DNA from: a virus
IMG/VR virus record: IMGVR_UViG_3300020045_008546
Span: 31,460-95,459 of that record
Length of the DNA: 64,000 nt
Reading direction: 5' to 3' (one strand)
A program made the translations under genes and the position numbers. Under the pieces are notes generated by a model. It did no database searches and had not been told where the DNA came from. It was given only the letters and a program-made list of their open reading frames with translations. Shown piece after piece: positions 46,693-57,199 of this stretch (position 1 is its first letter; the number at the start of each line of letters is the position of its first letter).

Positions 46693-47547
46693 TCAATTTC
46701 TCTTAAATGTATATCCGTTAATTTCTCCCCCATATTTACATTTTTTAATTATCCATGATCTACTAACATTAAAATATTCAGAAGCTATTCTATCATTGTC
46801 AAATATTTTAAACAAATCACCTTTATTATTAAAGCACGAAATGGTTATATATTTACTTTTAATATTTACTATATGATTTCTATCGATTGAAAAAACACAG
46901 TCTTTTACTTTATTTGTTCTACAATATATATTATTACTTATAGTAGACCTAGCAACTGACATGAATTTTGCGGCTTCGCCAATAGAAGAGAATTCCCTAA
47001 TATAATCTCCTTGCAAGTTAAATTGATAAACTATTAATTGTATTCCCTTTTCTGTAATAAATTTAGGAATAAATCCTTTTTTATAGTCTTTATAATATGC
47101 CCATAAATATCCTCCACTATAATTAGTATTATGTATCCCCCTCCATATCGCATCTTTACTACAATTTGAGTCTAATGCAGCATCTACAATTTTATCATAT
47201 ATTTTTATTAATAATCCATCTAGTGAAAATTTGCAAACTTTAACAAAAACACTCGCGCCAAAAGAACTACCGCCCGGTCTTATATTTAATGATATTTTTT
47301 TATTTTTAAAATGGGATATATATTTTACTTCTCTTATATCGACCTCTTCTTTTGTTAGATTATTTTCTATTATTTTACATGTATGACATTCCCATCCATA
47401 CTTTTTAATTGATCTATATATTTTATGTTGACTTTTACATTTTAAAGTTTTATAACAATAAATTCTTTGCTTAAAATTTTTAGTTTGTCCTATATAAACA
47501 AGCCCCTTGGGGTTAACTATTTTATAAATACAATATGGATTTAACAT
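46693..47547 (-). CDS. GIY-YIG homing endonuclease with NUMOD1 repeats
   Basis: CIYKI...VYIGQT..FKQR; VYQFNLQGDYIREFSSIGEAAK. Confidence 0.92.
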   Translation of the reverse strand: MLNPYCIYKIVNPKGLVYIGQTKNFKQRIYCYKTLKCKSQHKIYRSIKKYGWECHTCKIIENNLTKEEVDIREVKYISHFKNKKISLNIRPGGSSFGASVFVKVCKFSLDGLLIKIYDKIVDAALDSNCSKDAIWRGIHNTNYSGGYLWAYYKDYKKGFIPKFITEKGIQLIVYQFNLQGDYIREFSSIGEAAKFMSVARSTISNNIYCRTNKVKDCVFSIDRNHIVNIKSKYITISCFNNKGDLFKIFDNDRIASEYFNVSRSWIIKKCKYGGEINGYTFKRN

Positions 47548-47550
47548 AAA

Positions 47551-47687
47551 AAAAGTCGCTCTAATTAAAAGAATATTTCAACTGCCAAGTAGAAAATCCT
47601 ATTAGAACGACTTTTATCTATTTTGTAAATGAAGAGTCTTTTAACAATATTCTTTTAAAAGATATTCTACTTGGCATTACAAAGTTA
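47551..47687 (-). promoter_or_regulatory. Structured 5' leader (pseudoknot type), copy C
   Basis: TAACTTTG 47680-47687; 47665-47676 perfectly complementary to 47583-47594 inside hairpin 47551-47565/47601-47615. Confidence 0.72.
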
Positions 47688-48012
47688 CTATTTAAAGTGA
47701 TATTTCCTATGGGTTATAGGTTATTTATTTTATAAATTTTATTTTAAATATTTATTATCTAAAACTAAATCTACACTAAAACTAATCCAACTAGCTGCAT
47801 ATCTATGAACAATACCATCAAAAAACTGTACATTAAATAATCTTGAATTTTCGTTAGGAGTTGTTTCTACAATTGAAATTATTTGTTTTCCTTCATTTTT
47901 ATCACCGTAAGTTGTTTTTGTTTGCCTTAAATCTATATTAGATATTTTACCATTCATTTTTAGAAAAACATCCATGTTAATTATTCTTTTCATTTTTATT
48001 TGTTATTAAGTT

Positions 48013-48062
48013 ATAGCTTCGTTACTATGTCATAAAAGTAAATATATTATTTTAATATACAA
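48013..48062 (-). promoter_or_regulatory. Repeated promoter with operator and 5' hairpin (copy 5)
   Basis: TTGTATATTAAAATAATATA..TACTTTTA, then ATAGT-AACGAA-GCTAT. Confidence 0.78.
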
Positions 48063-48270
48063 CACTTTGGTGTAAATATATTTTAAAGTACCTTTCTTTT
48101 TATCATTGTTTTATATTCTTTCCTTGCCATACTACTTAAATGAAATTGTCCGCAAACATCACATTCGTAAACATGTTGCGTTTTGTACTTATCTCGTGGA
48201 TCAAGTTTATTTGCAGCTAATCTAGCTTCTGAAAAAGATTTGTAGATTTTCTTTTCTTGACATTGCATAG

Positions 48271-49011
48271 TTAATCATTACTTGAACTATCGCTACTATA
48301 ATCACTTCCTGAATCACTTGAATAGTCACTACTTGAACTACTATCATCATAGCTAGAACCCGCGCCAGAACCGCCAAAATCACCACCACCAAAAGAAATA
48401 TCGTTACCGCTATCAGTTCTATAATCTGAACTATCAATTATTGAAGTTGAATCTGTTGTAGTTTGATAATCAAAATTAGAGCTATCGATAATAAATCCAG
48501 TTGTAGTAGATGTTGAAGTAACGCCACTATCTGATTTAGGGCTATACATAGGTTCATTAGACTGAATATCTCTATTACACCCAGAACAATGAATAGAAGT
48601 TCCGGCAGGTATTACGCAGTGAGATAAAGGGCAAGAACCTGATTTAGGCGGACATGTATTTTTTGAATTATACCATCTATCATATCCTTTGTTTTCATTA
48701 TTGGGCTTACTTCTCCATAACTCAGCTAACATTCTACTACGTTCATATTCTGCATTTCTATTTTCGATAACCCTTCTATGCTCTTCTTCAAACTTTCTTT
48801 TTCTTACCTCATCTAAGGTGTCTTTATGTGTAATAATTTCACCGGGCTTCAATATGTCTTTTGTTTTTTCATATTGTTGTCTGATAGCTTTTGATTCTGC
48901 TAGTTCTTCTTCAATTACCTTACCTTTTTTCTTTGACTTATTCAACTCAACGCCTAAGTAAATTATGGCGATTAAAAGAACTGATGCTACGATAAAAAAT
49001 AATACTTCCAT
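48271..49011 (-). CDS. Membrane-anchored protein with Cys cluster and Gly/Ser/Asp low-complexity tail
   Basis: N-terminal TM helix; SFGGGDFGGSGAGSSY...DSSS tail. Confidence 0.65.
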   Translation of the reverse strand: MEVLFFIVASVLLIAIIYLGVELNKSKKKGKVIEEELAESKAIRQQYEKTKDILKPGEIITHKDTLDEVRKRKFEEEHRRVIENRNAEYERSRMLAELWRSKPNNENKGYDRWYNSKNTCPPKSGSCPLSHCVIPAGTSIHCSGCNRDIQSNEPMYSPKSDSGVTSTSTTTGFIIDSSNFDYQTTTDSTSIIDSSDYRTDSGNDISFGGGDFGGSGAGSSYDDSSSSSDYSSDSGSDYSSDSSSND

Positions 49012-49651
49012 GTTTGTTTTTTATTTAACTTATTGATTAATAGATAAATATACTGTTTTTTATTGAACTAATCTAATAAAATTTACGTTATTTAATTGAG
49101 GTTTAAGTTAAAATGATGAGCTAAATCTGATTCAAAAATGATAGCATAAAAGATAATATTGCCAACTACTTTATCAACGCAATAAAGAGATACGTTTCCT
49201 TTGATGGTATAAAAGTTTCTATTCTGGTTTATTGTCGTTTTTCATGTTCAATATTATCTTGTTCGTCTAGTTTTGCTTGTATTCTCTGCCAAATGCGTTC
49301 GCTTTCATCTTTCGATAAAGTAAATTCATTATCGTTTCTATGTTTGATAAAATGATTCAGAAGGAAGATAAATATTCCACTCATTAAGATAGTTACGCAA
49401 GTTAACATAATAACAGGCGCGTTAAATTGAAAGTTAAATGGTAGTGTCATAATTTTTAGTCAATATAAGTTCCACAATCAATTGATGTATATTCTCTTAC
49501 TTGTTCTGTTTCTGTCCATATAGAAGGTATTTCAACCTGAATAAAAGGCGTATAGTCAAGACTGTAATTATATCTCTCCTCGATCTTTATATCGGCTCCA
49601 TACTCTTTTAATAACGCCTTTAATTTAGACATGAATTCTTCTTCAACTTGT

Positions 49652-50087
49652 TTAGATGTTTGCATGATCTTTTTGTTTTTGATAGTAATCTCTAAAATAT
49701 TGTTTTCTTTTTTCTAGCAAATAAGGACTGTTTTTAATACGCTCATCGTTCATTCTGGAACAATCTCTACGGCATCGGGAGCAAAAGCTATCTAACCCTA
49801 AACTAAATCCTTTATTAGGATAGAACTCATCTTTGTTCTTTATTTCACTACATTGAGTGCATCGTTTCTTGTTTACGCCTATTGCTACATCTTCTTTTTG
49901 ATTCGCCATTTTGTAGTTTCAATTTGAAATATAATTTTGGATCTGATTTTGTTTTTTCGTAGTTTAATTTAGTGGACAAATTTTGACATTTTCGGCACTG
50001 GGGAGTCAATTTATCAGAAGATATTTTACTAGCATAGAATTCTGTTATTGATTTAGACACTCCGCACTTGGTACATGTTTTATTCAT
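49652..50087 (-). other. Two tandem small CxxC...CxxC zinc-finger ORFs
   Basis: KRCTQCSEIK...EFY...CSRC and KTCTKCGVSK...EFY...CRKC. Confidence 0.7.
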
Positions 50088-50468
50088 TTATTTTATTTCG
50101 TTATATTCTAGTGAAACTGATACCATGGCTTTGAATATATCAGATAAACCATATCTAGTTAAAAAGTCATCTAATAATTCATCTTTAATTTTTGCCTTAT
50201 GTTTATGTTTCAAGTTAGCTATATTTTGTATGTAAATTTCGCCCTTTAAATTTCTTATTTGTTCATATAATTCTTCTCGTGTTTTATTTGGGTTACTTAC
50301 ATGAGGCTTTTGTTTAGTTAAGTGATACCCATCGCAATGAGTACATTTGTAAACATATAAATCGCTGTGAGCTTCTCTTTTTTCTGGATTATTATTTATT
50401 AAATCAGCTCTTATCTGGGCGTAACGCTTACTTTGAAAGTGGACTTTTTCACAAGGACTATCCATATT

Positions 50469-51278
50469 TTATTTAAAAATATCATTATAAAAAACGGCAA
50501 TAATAATAGAAACCAACATAATTGCGGAAATAATTTGTACTACCTTACTAAAAGTAGCAGAAGGTCTTTTTCCACTTATAATTTCAAATAAATTAACTAA
50601 CGAATGCCACCCATCTAATCCCGGTATAGGAAGTAAGTTAAATATTGCTATCGACATTGATAATTCTATGTTTTTCAATAAAAGATATCCAAAAGCAGTT
50701 TCTTTAAATTCATTAAATATACCAACTGGGCCAGCGATATGTTCATAAATCTTTAACGTTCCGAATAATAATCCAAATACAACACCAAATCCTTTATATA
50801 CAACATATAGTACACCTAAAAATCCCCCCATTATAGATTTAAGTATAGACAAGTCTTTTGTTGTATAAAATACAATAGCTAATCCAATCATCGCAAACAA
50901 CAAATTCATAACAACGCCTGATAGCATAATTATTAACCTTTGCCAAGCCGGTTTACTATAAAAGTCTTCATCATCATACGTATAATTATCATAATCTCTA
51001 TTGCCTTTTTCTTCTTCTGGCGTTATATCTTGCTTGAAATCAAATGTTTCATCTGCTATCATTCCTTGAAGTTTAACAAAACCCCCGATAGGCAAAATGC
51101 CAATGCCATATTCAGTACCCTTATGGATTATTTTCATCATGGCAGGGGGTATTCCTATATAAAATTTCTCCACTCTTACGCCGAAAAATCTATCCGCCAA
51201 ATAGTGTCCAAGTTCGTGAATACCAATAATGAAAGCGACAGAAACAACAAATTGAATAGTTTGAATTAGAGTTTGCAT
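50469..51278 (-). CDS. RseP-like M50 intramembrane metalloprotease lacking PDZ domains
   Basis: HELGH, F.IG, PIGGFVK, GVVMN, GPVGI, FNLLPIPGLDG. Confidence 0.92.
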   Translation of the reverse strand: MQTLIQTIQFVVSVAFIIGIHELGHYLADRFFGVRVEKFYIGIPPAMMKIIHKGTEYGIGILPIGGFVKLQGMIADETFDFKQDITPEEEKGNRDYDNYTYDDEDFYSKPAWQRLIIMLSGVVMNLLFAMIGLAIVFYTTKDLSILKSIMGGFLGVLYVVYKGFGVVFGLLFGTLKIYEHIAGPVGIFNEFKETAFGYLLLKNIELSMSIAIFNLLPIPGLDGWHSLVNLFEIISGKRPSATFSKVVQIISAIMLVSIIIAVFYNDIFK

Positions 51279-51696
51279 TTTTTGTTTTGATTTATGTAAT
51301 TAATTAAGTAATATATATTTAACACCAAGCATATACTAGGCACTTGCCAATAATTTCCACCTTTAAAAAGTCCAATTATCACGAAAATTAATGTCATGAA
51401 AATAAAATAAATGTGTAACCTTTTTATTATTAAATTCTTTTTCTTATTTAATTTCGTATTGAATTCGGGAAATATGTCTATAAATATATTGTTGAAAATT
51501 ATTTTTTCACTCGAATTCCTTTTTTTATTTGTCATACCATTGTTCATAAAATTTGTCCCAAAATAAGTTTCCTTCCATTAGCATTGTTTCAATTTCTACT
51601 GGCTCTACTTCATACCACCAAGCAGCTAAATCAATTTGCCTTTCAGTTAGCTTTATCATTTTATGAATAGGTCTTGGATATTCTGATAAATCTATT

Positions 51697-51942
51697 TTAT
51701 TCTCCAATATCATGTTTTTCAAATAGTGACCTTAAAAATACAATTCCGTCTTCTGCTAGTTTTTTAGGATCGTATCCATTTTCTATTAAATACTGATCAA
51801 CATAAGCATCATCTTCTTTAAGTCGCTTAGAAATGGCTAAAAACTCGTTACGTTCAATTTGTTTACTTGCGTAGTCGCGTATTTTAGACTTAATACTATC
51901 AGGCGTTTCGTTTAGTATTTTTTGAGCTATTTTACTTCTCAT
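51697..51942 (-). CDS. Small protein whose N-terminus resembles Bacteroidota HigA-type antitoxins
   Basis: MRSKIAQKILNETP...IRDYA. Confidence 0.45.
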   Translation of the reverse strand: MRSKIAQKILNETPDSIKSKIRDYASKQIERNEFLAISKRLKEDDAYVDQYLIENGYDPKKLAEDGIVFLRSLFEKHDIGE

Positions 51943-52315
51943 AATTATTTTTAAATTAACCAGTCACCTCCAAATTCTAACACATGATAAAATGGGCTAT
52001 TATCAATATTCCCAACCAGATAACCGCAACGATCACAATTAAATCTCTCCCAATGTTCAGGATAATGCGCCATATTTCCAGTTCCATGCATACTTTTACA
52101 CCCACACTTAGGGCAAAATGTATCGTGATTAAATTCAGGCATTTCGAACATTGTTTTTGGCCTATAACTACAAATAATAGACTTAACCATTTTATTCAAT
52201 GTTGCACTGCCTATCTTTCTTCCCAACAATACTTTTTTAACTTTTCTTGGCAACTTGTCTTTTGCTCGTAAAGCCCAATACGCCTTTGACCATTTAATTT
52301 TCATTTATTTTTTTG

Positions 52316-52783
52316 TTAATTAATCGTTTTAATTTGATTCATTCTATTGATTAATAATAATTTCTTCTTACCTACATTAACAATACAATATTTTTCAAAT
52401 ACAGACAAAACCATACCCTCATACCTTTTGTGTTCATAAGTAAAATTAATAGTTTCGCCCTTTTTAAGTTTATTGTTAACCGTTCTGTTTCTAGTAACCC
52501 AATTTCCTTTTCTTAATAGAATCATTATCCTGTCTTTAACGCCTTGAAAAGTGATTCCGTCAGTATCAGGAGCGTGACCGCTATCAATTGCTAGAAATAA
52601 TATATAAGAATCAGTTACGCCCATCATATTAGCGAAAGATTCTATATAATTACTAGATGGATGAGTTTTACAAGTTTCTAAATTTCTTATAGTTACGGTA
52701 GTACAATCCATTAAAACAGACAAATGTTCTTTACTTAAAAAATTATCTTCTCTTATTTTTTTTAACGCTCTTCCAATATTCAT
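52316..52783 (-). CDS. XRE-HTH transcriptional regulator
   Basis: IGRALKKIRED..LSKEHLS......TIRNLET.KTHPS; first gene of the divergent block. Confidence 0.8.
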   Translation of the reverse strand: MNIGRALKKIREDNFLSKEHLSVLMDCTTVTIRNLETCKTHPSSNYIESFANMMGVTDSYILFLAIDSGHAPDTDGITFQGVKDRIMILLRKGNWVTRNRTVNNKLKKGETINFTYEHKRYEGMVLSVFEKYCIVNVGKKKLLLINRMNQIKTIN

Positions 52784-52881
52784 TTTCGTTTAGTTAAATT
52801 ACGCCACAAACGTAAAATTAAATTTTATTATTACCTAATTAAAATACCTATAAAAATATTTTATTTTATTTTGTTAATCAC

Positions 52882-52934
52882 TTGTTTATGAAATTTAAAT
52901 GTGTAATATTTGTGATGTGCTAGCAACGAAGCTA
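52882..52934 (+). promoter_or_regulatory. Repeated promoter with 5' hairpin (copy 6, degenerate operator)
   Basis: TTGTTTATG...TAATATTTG, then TAGC-AACGAA-GCTA. Confidence 0.65.
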
Positions 52935-53366
52935 AAACATAAACAACAAACAAAATGACAACTCTTGATTCACTTAACGAACTTAAATCAATCGTAACTT
53001 CTAATAGCACAATCGCTAAAACAGATAGAATATTTATCATGGCGCATATTAATAACTTAGGTATACTAGAAAACGCCTTAGTTGATTTAGTATTTTTAGG
53101 GGATGAAACAATTAGTGTTTCTGATTACGATAGATTAGCTAAAAGATATTTCACTATGGGCGTTAAAGTTTTAGAGTTTGACGTTTTGAAAGCAAAAGAG
53201 ATTGTTGCTAATGATTTTAAAATGGCTCCTTACGATCCAGATAAATACAGAACTGAACGTATTATCTATCGCGGTGAATTTGATCAAGTTGAGTCAATTC
53301 CAAACGCTTTTTATTTGAAATAACATATCCTTAATTCATTAATCATAATAACAACTAAGCAATAAC

Positions 53367-54017
53367 ATGGAAAAGTTAACACAGATTCAGAATAAACTTA
53401 AAGTGCCGAAAAATTTATATAATTCCTTTGGAAAATACTATTTTCGTAACGCTGAGGCAGTAGAGGAGGCATTGAAGCCATTATTACAAGAATTTAATTG
53501 CGTATTAACTCTTTCTGATGAAATTAAAGAAATAGGCGGCATTGTTTTTGTGGAATCAACTGCTACTATTACGGATGGAACGGAAACTATATCTGTTAAA
53601 TCACAAGCGGGTATTGATCCTAATACAAAAGGGATGCACATTGCTCAATGTTTCGGAGCTTCATCATCTTATGCGCGAAAATATTCCTTAAATGCTTTAT
53701 TTCTTATTGACGATACTCGTGATCCAGATGATACAAATGAACACGATAAAACGCCAAAAACAGATGTTAAACCAACTACTGTAACTAAAACAGAAACACA
53801 AGTACCACCAAGCGAACCGTCTCAACAAGAAAAACCAAAGGAAGTTAAAAAACCTTTAATTATTGTCAACAACGAGGTATATAAAAAAGCCTTAAATTAT
53901 CTTGCAGATAACGGTCTAACTAAATGGACTGATATTAAAGATAAATACACTATTGCATTATCTGACGAAGCGCAACTTTTAAAAGAAGCGGGTGATTTAA
54001 TTAAATCAAAAAAGTAA
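53367..54017 (+). CDS. erf: ERF-family ssDNA annealing recombinase
   Basis: IQNKLKVPK..YNSFGKY.FRNAE, GASSSYARKYSLNALFLIDD. Confidence 0.92.
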   Translation: MEKLTQIQNKLKVPKNLYNSFGKYYFRNAEAVEEALKPLLQEFNCVLTLSDEIKEIGGIVFVESTATITDGTETISVKSQAGIDPNTKGMHIAQCFGASSSYARKYSLNALFLIDDTRDPDDTNEHDKTPKTDVKPTTVTKTETQVPPSEPSQQEKPKEVKKPLIIVNNEVYKKALNYLADNGLTKWTDIKDKYTIALSDEAQLLKEAGDLIKSKK

Positions 54018-54042
54018 ACAACCAATAATCAAATATACAAAC

Positions 54043-54396
54043 ATGGCAACAATTTCAGGAGTAATTACCAATACACTACAAACAGAAGTAGGACAATCAA
54101 AGGCGGGAAAAGAATTTAAGAAACAAACAGTAGTTCTTGAAACTCCGGGTCAATATGCAAAAACAGTAGCTTTGGAAGTGTGGAACGCTAATACAGATAT
54201 TTTAGCAATTGGCGAAAATGTAGTATTAAGTTATGAGCCGGAGTCTCGTGAATATAACTCTAAATTCTACACTACTCTAAAATGTTTTAAAGTAGAGAAA
54301 ACAGGCGCAACACCAATAACACAGACAAGTTTGCAGCCTACATTGCCTCCGGTCAGCACATTTTCAGAAGATAAAAGTGATGATCTGCCCTTCTGA
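54043..54396 (+). CDS. DUF3127 single-stranded DNA-binding protein
   Basis: G.SKAGKEFKKQ.VVLET.GQY.K, ESREYN.KFYT, C-terminal DDLPF. Confidence 0.88.
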   Translation: MATISGVITNTLQTEVGQSKAGKEFKKQTVVLETPGQYAKTVALEVWNANTDILAIGENVVLSYEPESREYNSKFYTTLKCFKVEKTGATPITQTSLQPTLPPVSTFSEDKSDDLPF

Positions 54397-54451
54397 TAAC
54401 TACTTGATAATCAATAACTTAACTTATAATATAACATTGTAAGTTAAGTTA
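54397..54451. repeat. 16-bp-arm inverted repeat whose flank resembles that of the dif-like site
   Basis: TAACTTAACTTATAAT-N5-ATTGTAAGTTAAGTTA; 54397-54423 matches 34250-34276 at 20/27 positions. Confidence 0.55.
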
Positions 54452-54849
54452 AAAGTTTCATAAATATTAAATAACTATGCAAAATCTCACATTAGAACAA
54501 GCAAAGTCTCAATATTCATTACTAGCAAGAGAAATAAATTGTCCTGCTGATGTTGCTGCTAAATTCACTATGATGAAAAATACGCCTCATAGAGAGGAAT
54601 ATTTCAAAGTATTGGCTATATTAGCAAGCGATCTGGGGATGGTCTATGATTCTTTCGAAAAGAAGTTTATGATTCATTATGAAATAAACGAACAGACAAG
54701 AGAAGTTACTATTCCTAAAATAAATGTATCAGGCTTTATAGGCGAACGATCAATAGAAAAGAAAAAAGGATACAGATATTTAAAGATGTTTTATTCTAAA
54801 ACTCCTAGTGATGCATTATCTGAATACGATAGATTGAACAATCAAAAAT

Positions 54850-55302
54850 ATGCCTAAGATTTGTCTACGTGAAGGGTGTAATAAAAACGTATTCTCTAAT
54901 GGTTATTGTAAAAATGATCAATACCTACGTAAGGATGAAAAATACTTAACGCCAAAGAACAAACTTAAAAAACTGACACCAATTAAAAGTAACAATAAGC
55001 CAATTAAAAAGTTTTCAGATAAGTATCAAAAAGAGGTCAATAAGTATAATTCCGATAACCCACAATGGAAATTAGATAACCCATTTTGTAAATATCCGGG
55101 ATGCAATAGACCTACTGTTGATTGTCATCATTCTTACGCAAGAGGAAAGTATATTAATGACAAAAGATTTATGATACCTTTATGTAGAGAACATCATGAC
55201 GAGTGCAAACTACTACCGAAGAAAGCACTAGAATTAGGTTTGATATATTTAAGATCGGCAGGAGTTCCAAAGATAAATAAATTAACAGGCGAAAAATTTT
55301 AA
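54850..55302 (+). CDS. HNH-like zinc-binding nuclease
   Basis: CKYPGC...DCHH...IPLCREHH. Confidence 0.7.
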   Translation: MPKICLREGCNKNVFSNGYCKNDQYLRKDEKYLTPKNKLKKLTPIKSNNKPIKKFSDKYQKEVNKYNSDNPQWKLDNPFCKYPGCNRPTVDCHHSYARGKYINDKRFMIPLCREHHDECKLLPKKALELGLIYLRSAGVPKINKLTGEKF

Positions 55303-55319
55303 ATATTTAACACCAATGC

Positions 55320-55370
55320 TTGTATATTAAATTAATATATAGTACTTTTATATCAAGCTAAACGGTTAGC
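55320..55370 (+). promoter_or_regulatory. Repeated promoter with operator and 5' hairpin (copy 7)
   Basis: TTGTATATTAAATTAATATA..TACTTTTA, then GCTAA-ACGG-TTAGC. Confidence 0.75.
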
Positions 55371-57199
55371 CAAATAAACAAAAAAATATCATGCTTATCA
55401 CTACAAACAACACCGAAACTATCAACGGATATACTTACAAAACTTTCACAGCAATTTACAACAACAAAGAAGTAAGCATAATGAAAGTAACGGGAAATAG
55501 CAATTACTTTGTTGTTATGTATAAAAACGCCTCGCACAAAGCATTTAGAGGAATGGGTAAGCAATTCGATACAATTCAACAAGCATTAGAAAACTACAAA
55601 GATGCATCCATTAAAGCAATAATTTCAGCATCAAATGAATATTGATCAAGCAAAAGAAAAGCTAAAAAAACTTTTAGAATCAGGTAGTAAAATATCTGAT
55701 TCATTTCATTTAGGACGTGTAGGATTTAGGAAACACACTAAAAAATATTTCGCCTCAATTGATAAAAGTATAGACGATTCTCTTGAAATGGGAAAACTTC
55801 AAGAATTCATTAAGCAAGAAGAAAATAAGTTAAAATATAATCCCAGAATATTTAACGATAAATTCTATTCTAACGCGTCTGATTTAATAATCAATGAAAT
55901 ATATAACGATATTGATTACGGCTTTATACAAGTAATAAAAGTAAACAAGAACACAGTGACTATTAAAACTTCATCAGGATATACAGAAACACGTAAACCT
56001 AGTTTTATTTATAGAAAATGAAAAGGTATATTTATAAAGATGTTTTATTAGAAAAAGAATTTAGTTTCTTTAAAATTAAAGAGCCGTTAAGAGGGTTTAT
56101 TGATTTTAATTATGCGAGATTACCAATTCAAATAGAATGGCGTTTAAATGATGGATTCTTATATGGGAACTTAATTTCTTATTATGACTTAGATAAACTT
56201 TATCCTTGTATTGGATATACTGGATTGAAAAAAGAAAATGACATAATAACAGAAGGTAAAATACTTACGATTGGATTCACTAAAACACAAAATGATGATG
56301 ATAGTATTCCAATGATAACAATAGATAATTTAGTAAAATTTTAAATGAATAACCCACTTAAAAAAATGGATGAAAATAGTTATCTAACCGATCAAGAGCC
56401 TTTGTATAATGAAGAGGATTTATCAACGTTTACAGCTCCAATAGAATATAAACTACATTGGCTATTACGGTACACATATAAGCTTCAACGCTCCTACGAT
56501 TTATGCACCGATGAATTGGCTGGCATGTATGAGATATATGAAGACTTTAAAAATAAGAGTTTCCGAAACCAAGAACTGCAAAATCAAAACGCTGAATTAA
56601 GGCGCACAATCAAACAAATGTCAACACAGATAAGCGAATTAACGTTAAAAGTTTTAAGCAACAGCAAGCGAAAATAATGGCATCACAAACAGAAAGAGGA
56701 CGACAAAGAAAAGAAATCTTTTCTACGAAGTTAGATTTAATTGGGCATACTAAATTTCAAGGCGAGATTAATAGATCATATCAAAGCTTACCTAAATTTA
56801 GGGTTACAGACAAGAAAGGAATGTCATGGGGTATTAGTTCATCTAAATCTATTGAAGAGCTTCTAACGCAAGATAAATATAAAGGATGTATGATTGTAAA
56901 AACAATTTAAATAAATGAAAAATATATTAATTGAAATATGGGATGCCATTTGCACTACGTTAGAAACGTATCTATTTAACGAAAGCATGGATTTAATATC
57001 ATTAGAAGCTCATAAAATTTTAAATCACCCAGAAGATAGAATTAAACTATTAAACGCCTTTGATGAATTAAGAAGTGGCATTAAACAGGTATCCATAACT
57101 TTACATACAGGCGAAGTATTAATATTATCTTAACCATTCACTTCTCAACACAGAACTATCTTTAACCAGATAGTTTTTTTATTTATTTTCAGTTAAGTG

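Larger units (their letters stand above)
39566..52783 (-). other. Long minus-strand array of about 40 mostly small hypothetical proteins
   Basis: Dense co-oriented ORFs. Confidence 0.7.
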
